DNA from: a virus
Taxonomy: Duplodnaviria > Caudoviricetes
DNA: 59,302 bases
IMG/VR virus record: IMGVR_UViG_3300046167_000227
Location: 1 to 59,302 of that record
Reading direction: 5' to 3' (one strand)
The notes beneath the pieces were generated by a model. That model was not told the DNA's origin, made no database searches, and saw only the letters and a program-made list of their open reading frames with translations. The translations under genes were made by a program, and so were the position numbers. Positions within the stretch are counted from its first letter, which is position 1; each line of letters opens with the position of its first letter. Positions 1 to 8,978 of this stretch are shown here, in pieces.

Positions 1-681
1 ATACATTAGCACCTCTATTAGCAACCTCATTATAGTACAAGCTAGACATTTTCTCAGCTTTCCTATCTGATTTAACTATGTTCTTAATTATTTCTGCAAC
101 ATCTACACCATCTAATTTAATGTTTGCCCATGATTTGTAACTTTTTAGATTTGTGCATAGAAATCTTGTTTAGCATTTTGTAATTCATCTATGAATGTAT
201 CTATGTTAAAATTAGATGTGTTTTTACGTCTAACCTTATCATATTCACCTCTTATCTGACCATTAGTACAAAAGAAATCTATTGCACCAAAAAACACTTG
301 ATTAGACATACTACCATCAACACCATGTAATGCTATGATACGTTCAGCAATGGTAGTTGTATGCTTATCAGTAGTTATTTTAGTAGTAACATTAGGTAAG
401 GTTATATCAGCTATTATTACTGCATTATCTTTAGCAGTAGATACCTTAACTTTAAGCATTTCTAATTCGTATGGTGTCCTATTTTCTTTTATCACATTCT
501 CTACACCATCAATAAAATTCATATGTGATGTTGTATTAAAACTTTTAACCTACTATACCTATTGGAGTATCAGTTAAAGTATTGATTACATATTTTTTGC
601 TAGGTAATCTTGTTTTTCCTCATATGCAATATCAAATTTTAAATTGTCATTTAATTGTATTAATCTATTTGTATCTAACAT
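1..681 (-). CDS. DUF932-like protein, 3'-truncated redundant copy with indels
   Basis: ORF 145..522 is near-identical to part of 55343..56191; cut by the window end. Confidence 0.75.
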
Positions 682-982
682 TATTTATTCTCCTGTTGTT
701 TATTTAATTTTTCGTATTGTGCTTTTGTTATTTTAAAATCATATTTAGTTTTATCATCTTTAGTTATTTTTTTATAAAATATAGGATTGTTTAGTAATTG
801 TTCTTTTAATGTAATTCCTGTTAATAAAAATTGTCTTTCACTAAGTTTAGGAATTGAAATTCATTTCTTAAATCGTCATCAGTTTTACATTGTCTCATAT
901 CAATTTGAAAGTTAGACAATGGCAATTCCATACTATTTATATTACCTGTTAACTTAGATTTTCTATATATTTTATGTAACAT
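681..982 (-). CDS. Hypothetical early protein, divergent allele of 56191..56448 (frameshifted)
   Basis: Shares RKSxLTGNINSMELPLS and ERQFLLTGITL with the right-hand copy. Confidence 0.65.
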
Positions 983-1009
983 CTTATATTCTCCTTTTGT
1001 TATTGTTAG

Positions 1010-1219
1010 TTATACAAGTAAAACTACATCATTATAATTTACTTGTAAAGAGTTATTTAATTTATTTTTGTCTTTTAATAATTGTCCTGTTATTGCATCT
1101 CTACTTACATAAAAGTAACCTACATTATGTGAGATAGTACCTTTTTGAGCATACCTACTTGTAGTACGTCTAAAGAAAATGTTTTTATTTCCTATTGGAT
1201 TTTTAATTATGTTTTTCAT
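1010..1219 (-). CDS. Hypothetical early protein
   Basis: 69-aa ORF with AAGGA RBS; second copy near 56480-56690. Confidence 0.55.
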   Translation of the reverse strand: MKNIIKNPIGNKNIFFRRTTSRYAQKGTISHNVGYFYVSRDAITGQLLKDKNKLNNSLQVNYNDVVLLV

Positions 1220-1446
1220 TGTATTATTCCTTTCATTTTGTTATACAATTATTTTCTATTCTTATGTTATGTCATACAACTAAAAGTATGTCAATAACTT
1301 TATTTACTTTTTTTTATTATATTCTCTTCTATATTTTTCATTACCTCCTGTTACTGCTTTCATTAATCTATACTTAGTTTCTATTTCAAATTGTCTTAAT
1401 TTACGTCTATCAATTTCTTTTAATAGTTTTAGTTTTATATTGTATT

Positions 1447-1638
1447 TCATTTTAATAAATCCTTTATATTTGTTTCATTTTCTAATTGTACATCATATCC
1501 CATTGATGCAATAGTATTTAAATTTTCTATTGACAATGTTTTAGTTTTGGCAATATCTGAAAATGATTTAGCTATTTTACATTTAGGATATATTAATTGA
1601 TTACCGTATACATTTTTTATAAATACTTGTATTTTCAT
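1447..1638 (-). CDS. Hypothetical early protein
   Basis: 63-aa ORF with AAGGA RBS; second copy near 56914-57106. Confidence 0.6.
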   Translation of the reverse strand: MKIQVFIKNVYGNQLIYPKCKIAKSFSDIAKTKTLSIENLNTIASMGYDVQLENETNIKDLLK

Positions 1639-1972
1639 TCTATTAAAATCCTTTTCTATTTAGTTATATAATTAAACTATATTATTATTTTTTAGTTAGT
1701 CAACTATTTATTTTTATTTATTTGTTTTTATTGTAGATGGATATTTTAAATTAAATTCATAAACATTGCCAATTTTATATAAACATATAGCTATTAACAT
1801 TGTTAACAAATATAATATAAAGTATTGAAATAATAAATTATTATATCTTAATTCATCTATAAAGAATATAAAACTAATTCCTAAAGTTTAAATTACATAT
1901 TACAGTTATAAAACCTAGTATATGATATTTATTCATTTTAATTGCCTTTCTATACTACTATCATGTTTTATT

Positions 1973-1998
1973 ATGGTGTGACATTTTTGCCACACCAT
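1973..1998 (-). terminator. Hairpin, probable terminator after the swappable gene (copy at about 57446-57471)
   Basis: Inverted repeat ATGGTGTG...CACACCAT just downstream of the stop codon in both terminal copies. Confidence 0.5.
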
Positions 1999-2005
1999 TT
2001 TATAT

Positions 2006-2730
2006 TTATTTAATTTATTTTGCTTTTTCAATAATTGTTTTAACATCATTAAATGTATAACAAACTAAGCAATCTTTACATTTTTGAAAACAATTTATAT
2101 TATTATCCTTATCAAAATTATTTTTATATGTTTTCATAATCATTTTTAATTTTAGTTTTCATATCTCTTGTTATTTCATTCTTATTAAAAAACATTGTAT
2201 GTTGATTATAATATTTTTTGTATGATAACTTAAGCACATTATTAAATGTTTTATCAAAATGTTTTGGTATTTTAGTTAATGGCTTATCTAATATTGGATT
2301 AGAATATATTAATATTAAATTACTAGGTTTATCATTGTTATCAAAAAACTTTTTAATAATATCAAATCTTTTAGACCATAAAGTAAAAGTAGTTTTTGGA
2401 TTTTTCTAGCTATGTTTACATAGTTTTGAATGTTATTTAAATTAATCAATTCCCCATGACTATCAAAACCTAAAATATAAATCAAATATTCTTGGCAAGT
2501 TATCCCATTCAATGATTGAGTTACTTAATAATTTACTATTCTTTTCAAGTAATGCTACCATTGATTTGCGAAAATTTAAGGTAGTAAAAGAATAACATTT
2601 ATTACATATGATATCTTTTTTATCTTTTTGTTTAATGCAATATTCATTTGTTAAAGTATTAGTAGAAATATTATTTATACTTTTCCATTTTGAAAGCACC
2701 TTTTGAAATATGTAAAGTTTGAGTATTCAT
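2006..2730 (-). CDS. Cys-motif protein, GP88-like (allele A, frameshifted)
   Basis: Fragments 2463..2699 and 2315..2512 give ICNKCYS and YFRF..SHGEL; manual reading gives LWSKR and C-terminal CFQKCKDCLVCY. Confidence 0.55.
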
Positions 2731-3719
2731 TTTGTTTTAATCCTTTTTAAAATTTAATTGTTAGTAGGTTAATTTATTTATTTGTATAAGTAAAGTTTTA
2801 TTTAATGCTATTCCTATTTTATGCATCTTTTCAATTAGTATAGATGTTTTCATTTTTTGTAATTCATCTATATTATATTTATTAAAACATTTACTTTCAA
2901 TTACTGATTGTATTTTGGATTGCCTATTAAATTATTTGTTTCAATAATATAATTTTTATAAAGTTTATTAAATCTTGTTTATTCATTTTGTTTAATCCTT
3001 TTTAATTGTTATATTGTTTAGTACTAATATTCATAAATATTAATTAATTGATTAATACTATTATTTAATTTTTTAATTTCATTATCATATTTATTATTAG
3101 TAAAACTATAACCATAAATATTTTTTAACTAAACAAATTTCATTACTATTTATTTTTTTAAACTTTTTAACTTTTAAATAATCAATTTGTTTTCAAGTTT
3201 TTCTATTCTTTTTAATAAACTATTTTTTATTATATAGTAAGTTTGTTTATTCATTGTATTAAATCCTTTTGTTGTTATTTATTTGTATAACTAAAAACAT
3301 ATATTAAAAACATTGTCAACAGGTATTATTATTTTATTTATATGTATAGCTTTAATGATAGAGGTATCAGTTTTTGTGATACATGATATCAAAAGATTAT
3401 ATAAAAGAATAACTGTTAATTAATCAGTTTAAACTATGCATATTATACTACCATATATAGCTATAAATTAAATTATTCAGTCTATATATAGCATATAAAT
3501 GTTATTTTATTTCAGATACTTAGCTATTGATGATAGAAAATGGCACTAGGCATGCGACAGGTGGGGGGTATGCGTATACGTACTCAGAGAAATACACAGA
3601 TAGGTATTTTTAAGTGTTAACCACAAGTATAACTGTCAATATACCCATTGCCTAGCACCTAATGTGTGACATAAATATCACACTAATTTAACAATCGTAC
3701 ATGAATAAATTAATTGCTA

Positions 3720-3748
3720 TTGACAAGATGTATAAAACCTGTTATAAT
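3720..3748 (+). promoter_or_regulatory. Sigma70-type promoter for the plus-strand arm
   Basis: Perfect TTGACA (3720)-N17-TATAAT (3743). Confidence 0.8.
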
Positions 3749-3763
3749 TAGCTATAACTTAAC

Positions 3764-3844
3764 CACTTAAGTGTAACACTATAATAAAACACTTAAATAA
3801 AAAGATATATACTTGTTAAATACACTTAAATGAACACTTAAGTG
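3764..3844. repeat. CACTTAA(G/A)T iterated motif
   Basis: Copies at 3764, 3790, 3823, 3835 (two are the palindrome CACTTAAGTG), plus one at 3968. Confidence 0.7.
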
Positions 3845-3891
3845 ATATTATTAGAATAAATATCCGTACATATATAAAAATACCCTTGACA

Positions 3892-4098
3892 ATGCGTAAA
3901 AAATCAGTAAAACTATATACACCAGAGAATATGTTAGAAGCATTTTACAGTGCTATCCTAAATAACACACTTAAGAGCTTACATATACCACATAGTTCCG
4001 TGTTTTATGTACGTGCTGCCATTGAAGCTGACACAGGAGTGCGATACACTCTTAAGCATGTAGAGACTGCAATGAAGGCAGAAGGAATGTTAGACTAA
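3892..4098 (+). CDS. Hypothetical protein
   Basis: First ORF of a translationally coupled (TAATG) operon. Confidence 0.6.
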   Translation: MRKKSVKLYTPENMLEAFYSAILNNTLKSLHIPHSSVFYVRAAIEADTGVRYTLKHVETAMKAEGMLD

Positions 4099-4319
4099 TG
4101 TTTGAAGCATTTGTACTTGTATGCATGATTGGTAACTCCAATATATGTCATACACTAAAAGATTTGGAAGGTCCATACGAAACTAAACAGGAATGTATAG
4201 TACGTACCTATGAAATGGCTGCTGACCTACCAGACTACATGCCTATGTTCCAAGCATTGAAGTATAAGTGCTTTGAAGATAAAGAATCAGATAAAGTGAG
4301 AATAAATTATGGCACATGA
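4098..4319 (+). CDS. Small Cys-containing protein with hydrophobic N-terminus
   Basis: MFEAFVLVC...C...GPY..KQEC...C; coupled to neighbours. Confidence 0.6.
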   Translation: MFEAFVLVCMIGNSNICHTLKDLEGPYETKQECIVRTYEMAADLPDYMPMFQALKYKCFEDKESDKVRINYGT

Positions 4320-4602
4320 AAACAGACGAGCAGCGTTGCTCAAGAAACATGGACTCAAGGGTGTGAACAAGCCTAAGAGAACCCCTGACCATAAAACTAA
4401 ATCACATATGGTGTTAGCTGCCGAAGGGCATAACATGAAACTAATTCGCTTTGGGCAACAAGGTGTCAGTGGAGCAGGTAAGAATCCCACTAGTGCTAAA
4501 GATAAAGCACGTAAGAAGAGTTATTATGCAAGGCACAATGCTCAAGGCAAACCCACCACTAAGTTATCAGCTAAATACTGGTCACATAAGGTGAAGTGGT
4601 AA
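4309..4602 (+). CDS. Basic hypothetical phage protein
   Basis: RFGQQG...ARKKSYYARH...YWS motif typical of marine phage hypotheticals. Confidence 0.7.
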   Translation: MAHENRRAALLKKHGLKGVNKPKRTPDHKTKSHMVLAAEGHNMKLIRFGQQGVSGAGKNPTSAKDKARKKSYYARHNAQGKPTTKLSAKYWSHKVKW

Positions 4603-4617
4603 CAGGAGAATAGATAA

Positions 4618-5106
4618 ATGAGTGCGAAGAAGATAGCAGACTTTATATTTGAGAATACTGGTAAAGGTGTAAATTATGCCATGAGAAAATTAGGCATAGC
4701 TAAAAGTGAGATAGACGGATTAACACCTAACCAACTTAAATTATATCTTGCAGAAAAGGCAAAGGGTTCTTACAAAGGTAGAACAAAAGCTAGAGATTCG
4801 GATACAGGAAAATTAGTAGTAGGTGGTGGTACATTAGCTACCCTAGCTTCTATATGGAATGAAATTGACCCAACTAAAGTAAAAAGGATGGGAGATGGAA
4901 CATTACGTGCTGAAAATTTAAAGAAGAAAAAGAAGATGGTTAAGAAAAAGGTAGTAAAGAAAACTCCACCTAAAGCTCCACCACCTAAACCTGATTCAGT
5001 TAAGAAGAAAAAGAAACAGCTTATGATGAAAGAGAAGTATACAGGTAAGGACTCAAATGTAAAGTTTAACTCTAGGGGTGGTATGCTCAAGAAGGGGAAG
5101 AAGTAA
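4618..5106 (+). CDS. Lysine-rich protein
   Basis: AGGAG RBS; K/P-rich; ends FNSRGGMLKKGKK. Confidence 0.75.
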   Translation: MSAKKIADFIFENTGKGVNYAMRKLGIAKSEIDGLTPNQLKLYLAEKAKGSYKGRTKARDSDTGKLVVGGGTLATLASIWNEIDPTKVKRMGDGTLRAENLKKKKKMVKKKVVKKTPPKAPPPKPDSVKKKKKQLMMKEKYTGKDSNVKFNSRGGMLKKGKK

Positions 5107-5432
5107 TGGCTGAGAATCCACTAGCAAGAATAAAAGCTAAATTAATAGCTAAATATGGTAAAGACAAAGGTATGGATGTATACAGGTCTGCAAGTAAAGA
5201 TATAAGCAATCAGATTGCAGGTGGTGGTGGAGAGATTGAAGGGTCTTCTCTAACACAACTAATGGACCCAGCAGACCAAGTAGAGTTTTATGAATATAAG
5301 TCTGACTTAGCAAAAGGTAAAAACATAGATACGTCAGCTACCAAGAACAGAAAAGGTGCTAACGACTACCGTAAGGGTGGCTACGTGCTCAACACGACTG
5401 ACAATAGAAAGGTCAAGAGAAATGGCAAATAA
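5106..5432 (+). CDS. Hypothetical protein with YRKGG motif
   Basis: TAATG-coupled ORF. Confidence 0.75.
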   Translation: MAENPLARIKAKLIAKYGKDKGMDVYRSASKDISNQIAGGGGEIEGSSLTQLMDPADQVEFYEYKSDLAKGKNIDTSATKNRKGANDYRKGGYVLNTTDNRKVKRNGK

Positions 5433-5643
5433 AAAAGGTAAGGGTGGCATAGCCATAATCATTTCTATGTTAGGTAAGAAACCTAAAGGTAAAATGAAAA
5501 AAGCTGAAATGTCATATGGTGGCAGTGTAGGTGGTAAGAAGCATATGTACTCAGGTGGTGGTTCAGTCACAGATAATGCAGGTTTACTTGCTCTCAAGAA
5601 GGCTAGTCCTGAAGCCTACATGAACATAAAGAAAAATGCCTAG
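5422..5643 (+). CDS. Small basic protein with MSYGG / YSGGG motifs
   Basis: ATG at 5422 (MANKKGK) within ORF 5356..5643. Confidence 0.7.
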   Translation: MANKKGKGGIAIIISMLGKKPKGKMKKAEMSYGGSVGGKKHMYSGGGSVTDNAGLLALKKASPEAYMNIKKNA

Positions 5644-5896
5644 TAGAAATTATAAAAAAGAATATGCTAACTACCACTCTAAACCTGCACAGAAGGTGAA
5701 CAGAGCAGGTAGAAACAAAGCACGTAAGATAGTTATGAAAGCAGGTGGAACTGCGAAGGTAGCAGGTAAAGATGTCCACCATAAGAATGGCAATCCAAAG
5801 GATAACAGAACTAGTAATTTAGCTGTAGCATCTAAAACTGCCAATCGTTCTTTCAAGAGAACACGTACTGCTAAAAAACTTACTAGGAGAATATAA
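5636..5896 (+). CDS. HNH endonuclease-like protein
   Basis: DVHHKNGNPKDNRTSNL motif. Confidence 0.7.
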   Translation: MPSRNYKKEYANYHSKPAQKVNRAGRNKARKIVMKAGGTAKVAGKDVHHKNGNPKDNRTSNLAVASKTANRSFKRTRTAKKLTRRI

Positions 5897-6555
5897 TGGC
5901 AAAAGAGTACACAGTCAAGATTTTTGGGAAAACAAGAGACTACAAAAAAGTAGGTAATAAGTATTTTCAAATTATGAAAGATGGAAAATTAAATAAAAAT
6001 TCTGCAAGTGGAGCTTGGAGATTGCAACTAGAAAATGCTGCAAACTCTAGATTAGTTACTACCCCTAAAAAGGTGGCTACTTCAATGTTAGCTAGTGTAA
6101 GGTCTGCTGTGTCTAGTTCAAAGAAAAACAAAAGAGGTCAGGCACAAGCATCTACACCTAAAGATGATGGTGGTAGGGCTGCCTATTTGCGAAGTGAAAT
6201 TATAGACAAACTAAAAAAAGATAAGGCACTAGCTACTATAAAAAAAGATACTAGTAACACAAAAACAGATAGAAAAATATCTATGGGTAATAAAAAAACG
6301 GACAAGAAAATAGAGAAAAAGGTAGAAAAGAAAAAAGATATTAAACCTTTACAAAAAACACAGAGTAAGGCAATAAAATCTACTACAACAAAAGCTCTAC
6401 AGAATAAACCTAAACAAAATGTTAAAAAGAAAGTAGAGAAGAAGATTACAAAGAAGCCTGAATCTAAATTGGATTCAAAAGGTAACTATAAAGGCACAAA
6501 CATAAAGCCTACAAAGTTACAATTAGACAGACTAAAGAAAAGAGGACTAGCATAA
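5896..6555 (+). CDS. Lysine-rich protein
   Basis: 219-aa coupled ORF, very K-rich C-terminal half. Confidence 0.75.
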   Translation: MAKEYTVKIFGKTRDYKKVGNKYFQIMKDGKLNKNSASGAWRLQLENAANSRLVTTPKKVATSMLASVRSAVSSSKKNKRGQAQASTPKDDGGRAAYLRSEIIDKLKKDKALATIKKDTSNTKTDRKISMGNKKTDKKIEKKVEKKKDIKPLQKTQSKAIKSTTTKALQNKPKQNVKKKVEKKITKKPESKLDSKGNYKGTNIKPTKLQLDRLKKRGLA

Positions 6556-6686
6556 TGGTTATGAAGAAGAAAACAAAGTACATGGCTAAAGGTGGAATGA
6601 AGAAGACTAAATACATGGCTAAAGGTGGTGCAGGTATGAAGAAGACTAAGATGTACTCTCGTGGTGGAGCAGCTAAAAAGAAGTAA
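6555..6686 (+). CDS. 43-aa tandem-repeat basic peptide (not in ORF track)
   Basis: MVMKKKTKYMAKGGMKKTKYMAKGGAGMKKTKMYSRGGAAKKK; TAATG-coupled at both ends, AGGA RBS. Confidence 0.8.
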   Translation: MVMKKKTKYMAKGGMKKTKYMAKGGAGMKKTKMYSRGGAAKKK

Positions 6687-7390
6687 TGTCATATCTTATA
6701 AGTAACGTACCACATTTTAAATGTTGGGTACGTAAGGAGTTCACTTGTAATCATATGAATTATCACGGTGAATACCTACACGCACTAGCTTTCGCAGTTA
6801 ATACCATACCTGATAGGTCACTAAGTTTTCAGGTAGTCTTCACAGGTTGTACAGAAGATGACAATGTACACGGTGGTGCAATGTGGGCAAGGATGCCCAT
6901 ACAGGCACTCGTAGCTGACATACCTGTAGACGAATGGGCAGAGCCAATGGAAGACCACTTATGTCAACCTTGGGATTGTGAATCAAGAAACCATAGTGTT
7001 ATAGTTATGGACAGAGTCAGTTCTAGTCCGTGGTTATGTAAGATAGGCAATGAGTTCTACACAGCTAAGTATATGTTTACTGTTGACTACACAGACAGTG
7101 ACATAGCAGATGACCCTGCACAGCATAAGCAGTCACACGTGATGTACTTGTTGGATGCAGGAAAATGGACAGGCAATATAGTTGCACTGCCAAATAACAG
7201 AGTAAGAGCTACAAGTCCTGCTCTGTGGGTTACAGGAGAAGGTGCTCCAGACTTTGCACCATCACAGTGGACACACTCAGCAGAGTCACACGAATCTTAC
7301 CTAGACCCATTTACTACATTTAACAATTTATATGAGGATAGAGATGGCACTAGCAAAGGCAAAAAGAACAATAAAAAAAGTAGCAAGTAA
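6686..7390 (+). CDS. Conserved hypothetical phage protein
   Basis: 234-aa globular ORF with QPWDC, HKQSH and LPNNR motifs. Confidence 0.75.
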   Translation: MSYLISNVPHFKCWVRKEFTCNHMNYHGEYLHALAFAVNTIPDRSLSFQVVFTGCTEDDNVHGGAMWARMPIQALVADIPVDEWAEPMEDHLCQPWDCESRNHSVIVMDRVSSSPWLCKIGNEFYTAKYMFTVDYTDSDIADDPAQHKQSHVMYLLDAGKWTGNIVALPNNRVRATSPALWVTGEGAPDFAPSQWTHSAESHESYLDPFTTFNNLYEDRDGTSKGKKNNKKSSK

Positions 7391-7631
7391 GTTAAAGAAA
7401 GCTAGTAAAGCACATGCAGGTCAAGCTAAAACATTATCAGCACTTAAATTAAAAAGTGGAGGAAGCACAGTCAATGCTGCAGGGAATTACACCAAACCTA
7501 CACTACGTAAGAACATATTCAACCGTATCAAAGCAGGTGGTAAGGGAGGTGCTCCCGGTCAATGGTCAGCCAGAAAAGCACAGATGGTTGCCAAGGCATA
7601 CAAAGCCAAGGGTGGTGGATATAGAGGATAA
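7344..7631 (+). CDS. Basic protein with DUF5872-like N-terminal half
   Basis: YTKPTLR...GGKGGAPGQWSARKAQ...GGGY; GAGGA RBS before ATG 7344. Confidence 0.65.
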   Translation: MALAKAKRTIKKVASKLKKASKAHAGQAKTLSALKLKSGGSTVNAAGNYTKPTLRKNIFNRIKAGGKGGAPGQWSARKAQMVAKAYKAKGGGYRG

Positions 7632-7948
7632 TGACAGCAAAGAAGAAAAAGAAAAAGGCAGACCCTAAAGTTGGCACAGGTAAAAAACCGAAAGGTAGTG
7701 ACAGACGATTATACACGGATGAAAACCCTAAAGACACAGTTAGCATCAAGTTTGCCACGGTCACGGATGCCAAAGACACCATTGCAAAAGTTAAAAGAAT
7801 CAATAAACCATATGCGAGAAAGATACAAATACTTACTGTCCTTGAACAACGAGCCAAAGTATCTGGGAAGAGGGAGCAAGCAGCTCTCGCAAAAAGAGCA
7901 AAAGAACAATTAAAAAGGAAACACGAGAATGACAAAAGAAAAGTGTGA
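7631..7948 (+). CDS. Basic hypothetical protein
   Basis: Coupled ORF; RRLYTDENPKDT motif. Confidence 0.7.
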   Translation: MTAKKKKKKADPKVGTGKKPKGSDRRLYTDENPKDTVSIKFATVTDAKDTIAKVKRINKPYARKIQILTVLEQRAKVSGKREQAALAKRAKEQLKRKHENDKRKV

Positions 7949-8033
7949 TACTTGTGAGTGTTACGAATGTGACTATGAAGAATGTAATTGCGAATGTCAC
8001 GAAGATAAGGTAGCAGAAAAAGGTAATGATTGA
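7929..8033 (+). CDS. 34-aa Cys-rich metallothionein-like peptide (not in ORF track)
   Basis: MTKEKCDTCECYECDYEECNCECHEDKVAEKGND; fills the gap between flanking genes, AAGGA upstream. Confidence 0.55.
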   Translation: MTKEKCDTCECYECDYEECNCECHEDKVAEKGND

Positions 8034-8208
8034 GTTTGTGTTAGTGTTTATGATGGGATTAAGAGTAGTAGACCAAACACAAACCTTTGAAGATATAGAT
8101 AGATGCTTGTACTTTGCAGAGAGATTACACAAGCAACCTTCAGTACCACAGATGGAAGGAGCAAATCTACAGATAACAGCATACTGTAAACCTAGAAGGA
8201 AAAGATAA
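8026..8208 (+). CDS. Small hypothetical protein with hydrophobic N-terminus
   Basis: 60-aa coupled ORF with two Cys. Confidence 0.6.
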   Translation: MIEFVLVFMMGLRVVDQTQTFEDIDRCLYFAERLHKQPSVPQMEGANLQITAYCKPRRKR

Positions 8209-8651
8209 TGTTAGCAGAACTCGCAGCAGCCAATGCAGCCTTCGGTGTAATCAAGAGTTTTATATCTAATGGTAAGGAACTTTCAGGTTGTGCTAAACAA
8301 ATATCAGATTTTGTATTTTCTAAAGAAGCCATAGAGAAAAATCTTAAAAAGAAAAAAGCTAAAGGTATAGGTGGTGGAGACTTAGAAGAGTTCATGGCTC
8401 TTGAGCAGATAAGAGAAAAAGAAGAAGAACTCAAGAAGATGATGATATATCTAGGCAGACCCGGATTGTGGCAGGATTGGCAACAGTTCCAAGCAGAAGC
8501 AAGAAAGTCTAGACGTTATCAAGAAAAGATGGCAGAGAAGCGTAGAGAAGAGATAATGGAATACGTAGGCTATAGTATAGGGTTTATTGTCATTGTATTC
8601 TTTGCAGGACTAGCAGCTTGGTTTGTAGCTAAGTGGACAGGTAGATTATAA
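8208..8651 (+). CDS. Coiled-coil protein with C-terminal TM helix
   Basis: Hydrophobic C-terminal segment; lies near lysis genes. Confidence 0.7.
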   Translation: MLAELAAANAAFGVIKSFISNGKELSGCAKQISDFVFSKEAIEKNLKKKKAKGIGGGDLEEFMALEQIREKEEELKKMMIYLGRPGLWQDWQQFQAEARKSRRYQEKMAEKRREEIMEYVGYSIGFIVIVFFAGLAAWFVAKWTGRL

Positions 8652-8732
8652 CCCCATGTATAGGCATCTGCACGTTGCAAGAGAATGTCTGCATAGGATG
8701 CAATAGAACAATAGAAGAGATTAAGGAAGCGT

Positions 8733-8978
8733 ATGAGAGCACCACAAAAGTCACTAGCAAATTGGACAAAGCAAAAGTGGAGAACCAAGAGTGGTAAACC
8801 TAGTACACAGGGGTCAAAAGCTACAGGCGAACGTTATCTACCTGAAGCGGCGATTAAGGCTCTTAGTTCCAGTGAATACGCCGCCACTTCGGCTGCTAAA
8901 CGCAAAGCAACTAGAGGAAATAGACAAGTATCTAAACAACCCAAAAAGATTGCTAGAAAAACGGCGAGATTTAGATGA
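8733..8978 (+). CDS. Basic protein with DUF5872-like C-terminal half
   Basis: QKSLANWTKQKWRT...ERYLP...LSSSEYAAT. Confidence 0.65.
   Translation: MRAPQKSLANWTKQKWRTKSGKPSTQGSKATGERYLPEAAIKALSSSEYAATSAAKRKATRGNRQVSKQPKKIARKTARFR

Larger units (their letters stand above)
1..3533. repeat. Left copy of terminal redundancy / long direct terminal repeat
   Basis: Window start atacattagcacctctattagc matches 55516 onward; window end (tcagatacttagctattgatga) matches 3512-3533. Copies are colinear but not identical. Confidence 0.95.
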
